From contig NC_092345.1 in assembly GCF_963676685.1 (NCBI RefSeq), forward strand, positions 106,578,001 through 106,642,000: a stretch of DNA of 64,000 bases. Reading direction: 5' to 3'. This DNA is from Mytilus edulis (lineage: Eukaryota). Shown in pieces: positions 63,819 through 64,000 of the stretch. The translations under genes were made by a program, and so were the position numbers. The notes beneath the pieces were generated by a model. That model did not search any database and was not told where the DNA came from. It was given only the letters and a program-made list of their open reading frames with translations. Each line of letters begins with the position of its first letter. Position 1 is the stretch's first letter.

Positions 63819-64000
63819 GTTATTTTTTATCAAATTAGTATAATTTGGCGTTACACGTTATTCATATGAAACTGCTTATTAAGCAAACACAATTGACATT
63901 GTTGAATCTACACAGAAAATTTGTTTACACCTTTTGACTGGATATGATGGAAATAGTAAGCTTTTTGTCCCTGAAATACCAACCATTGTTCGAGGCGAAG

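Overview
AT-rich, intron-rich animal genomic DNA. The repeat landscape resembles that of bivalve molluscs such as Mytilus; this is inference from recalled repeat families. The window opens with about 11.3 copies of a very homogeneous 384-bp satellite. Four complete spliced genes can be assembled by hand with consistent GT-AG boundaries and exon phases: CFAP210/CCDC173 (minus strand, 9 coding exons, 552 aa); a PHOSPHO2-like HAD phosphatase (plus strand, head-to-head with CFAP210); PHGDH (plus strand, 10 exons, 533 aa); and a small VOPP1/WBP1-family membrane protein (minus strand, 4 exons, 147 aa) that the ORF track only captures in fragments. A truncated HDX-like homeodomain gene lies at the right edge. 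Intergenic and intronic DNA holds decayed LINEs, Penelope-like RT fragments with a degenerate hammerhead ribozyme, Helentron-type elements, and non-autonomous DNA transposons whose target-site duplications (TSDs) can be read directly: 5-bp and 6-bp hAT-like, 9-bp Mutator-like, TTAA Kolobok-like, CWG Harbinger-like and 7-bp P-like. The most striking pattern is that minisatellites are repeatedly built from exon-intron junctions. Five 5' splice sites and two 3' splice sites in three unrelated genes have been tandemly amplified (2 to about 30 copies). This produces ladders of decoy or alternative splice sites, one stop-free in-frame decapeptide ladder, and one candidate new 6-nt microexon.
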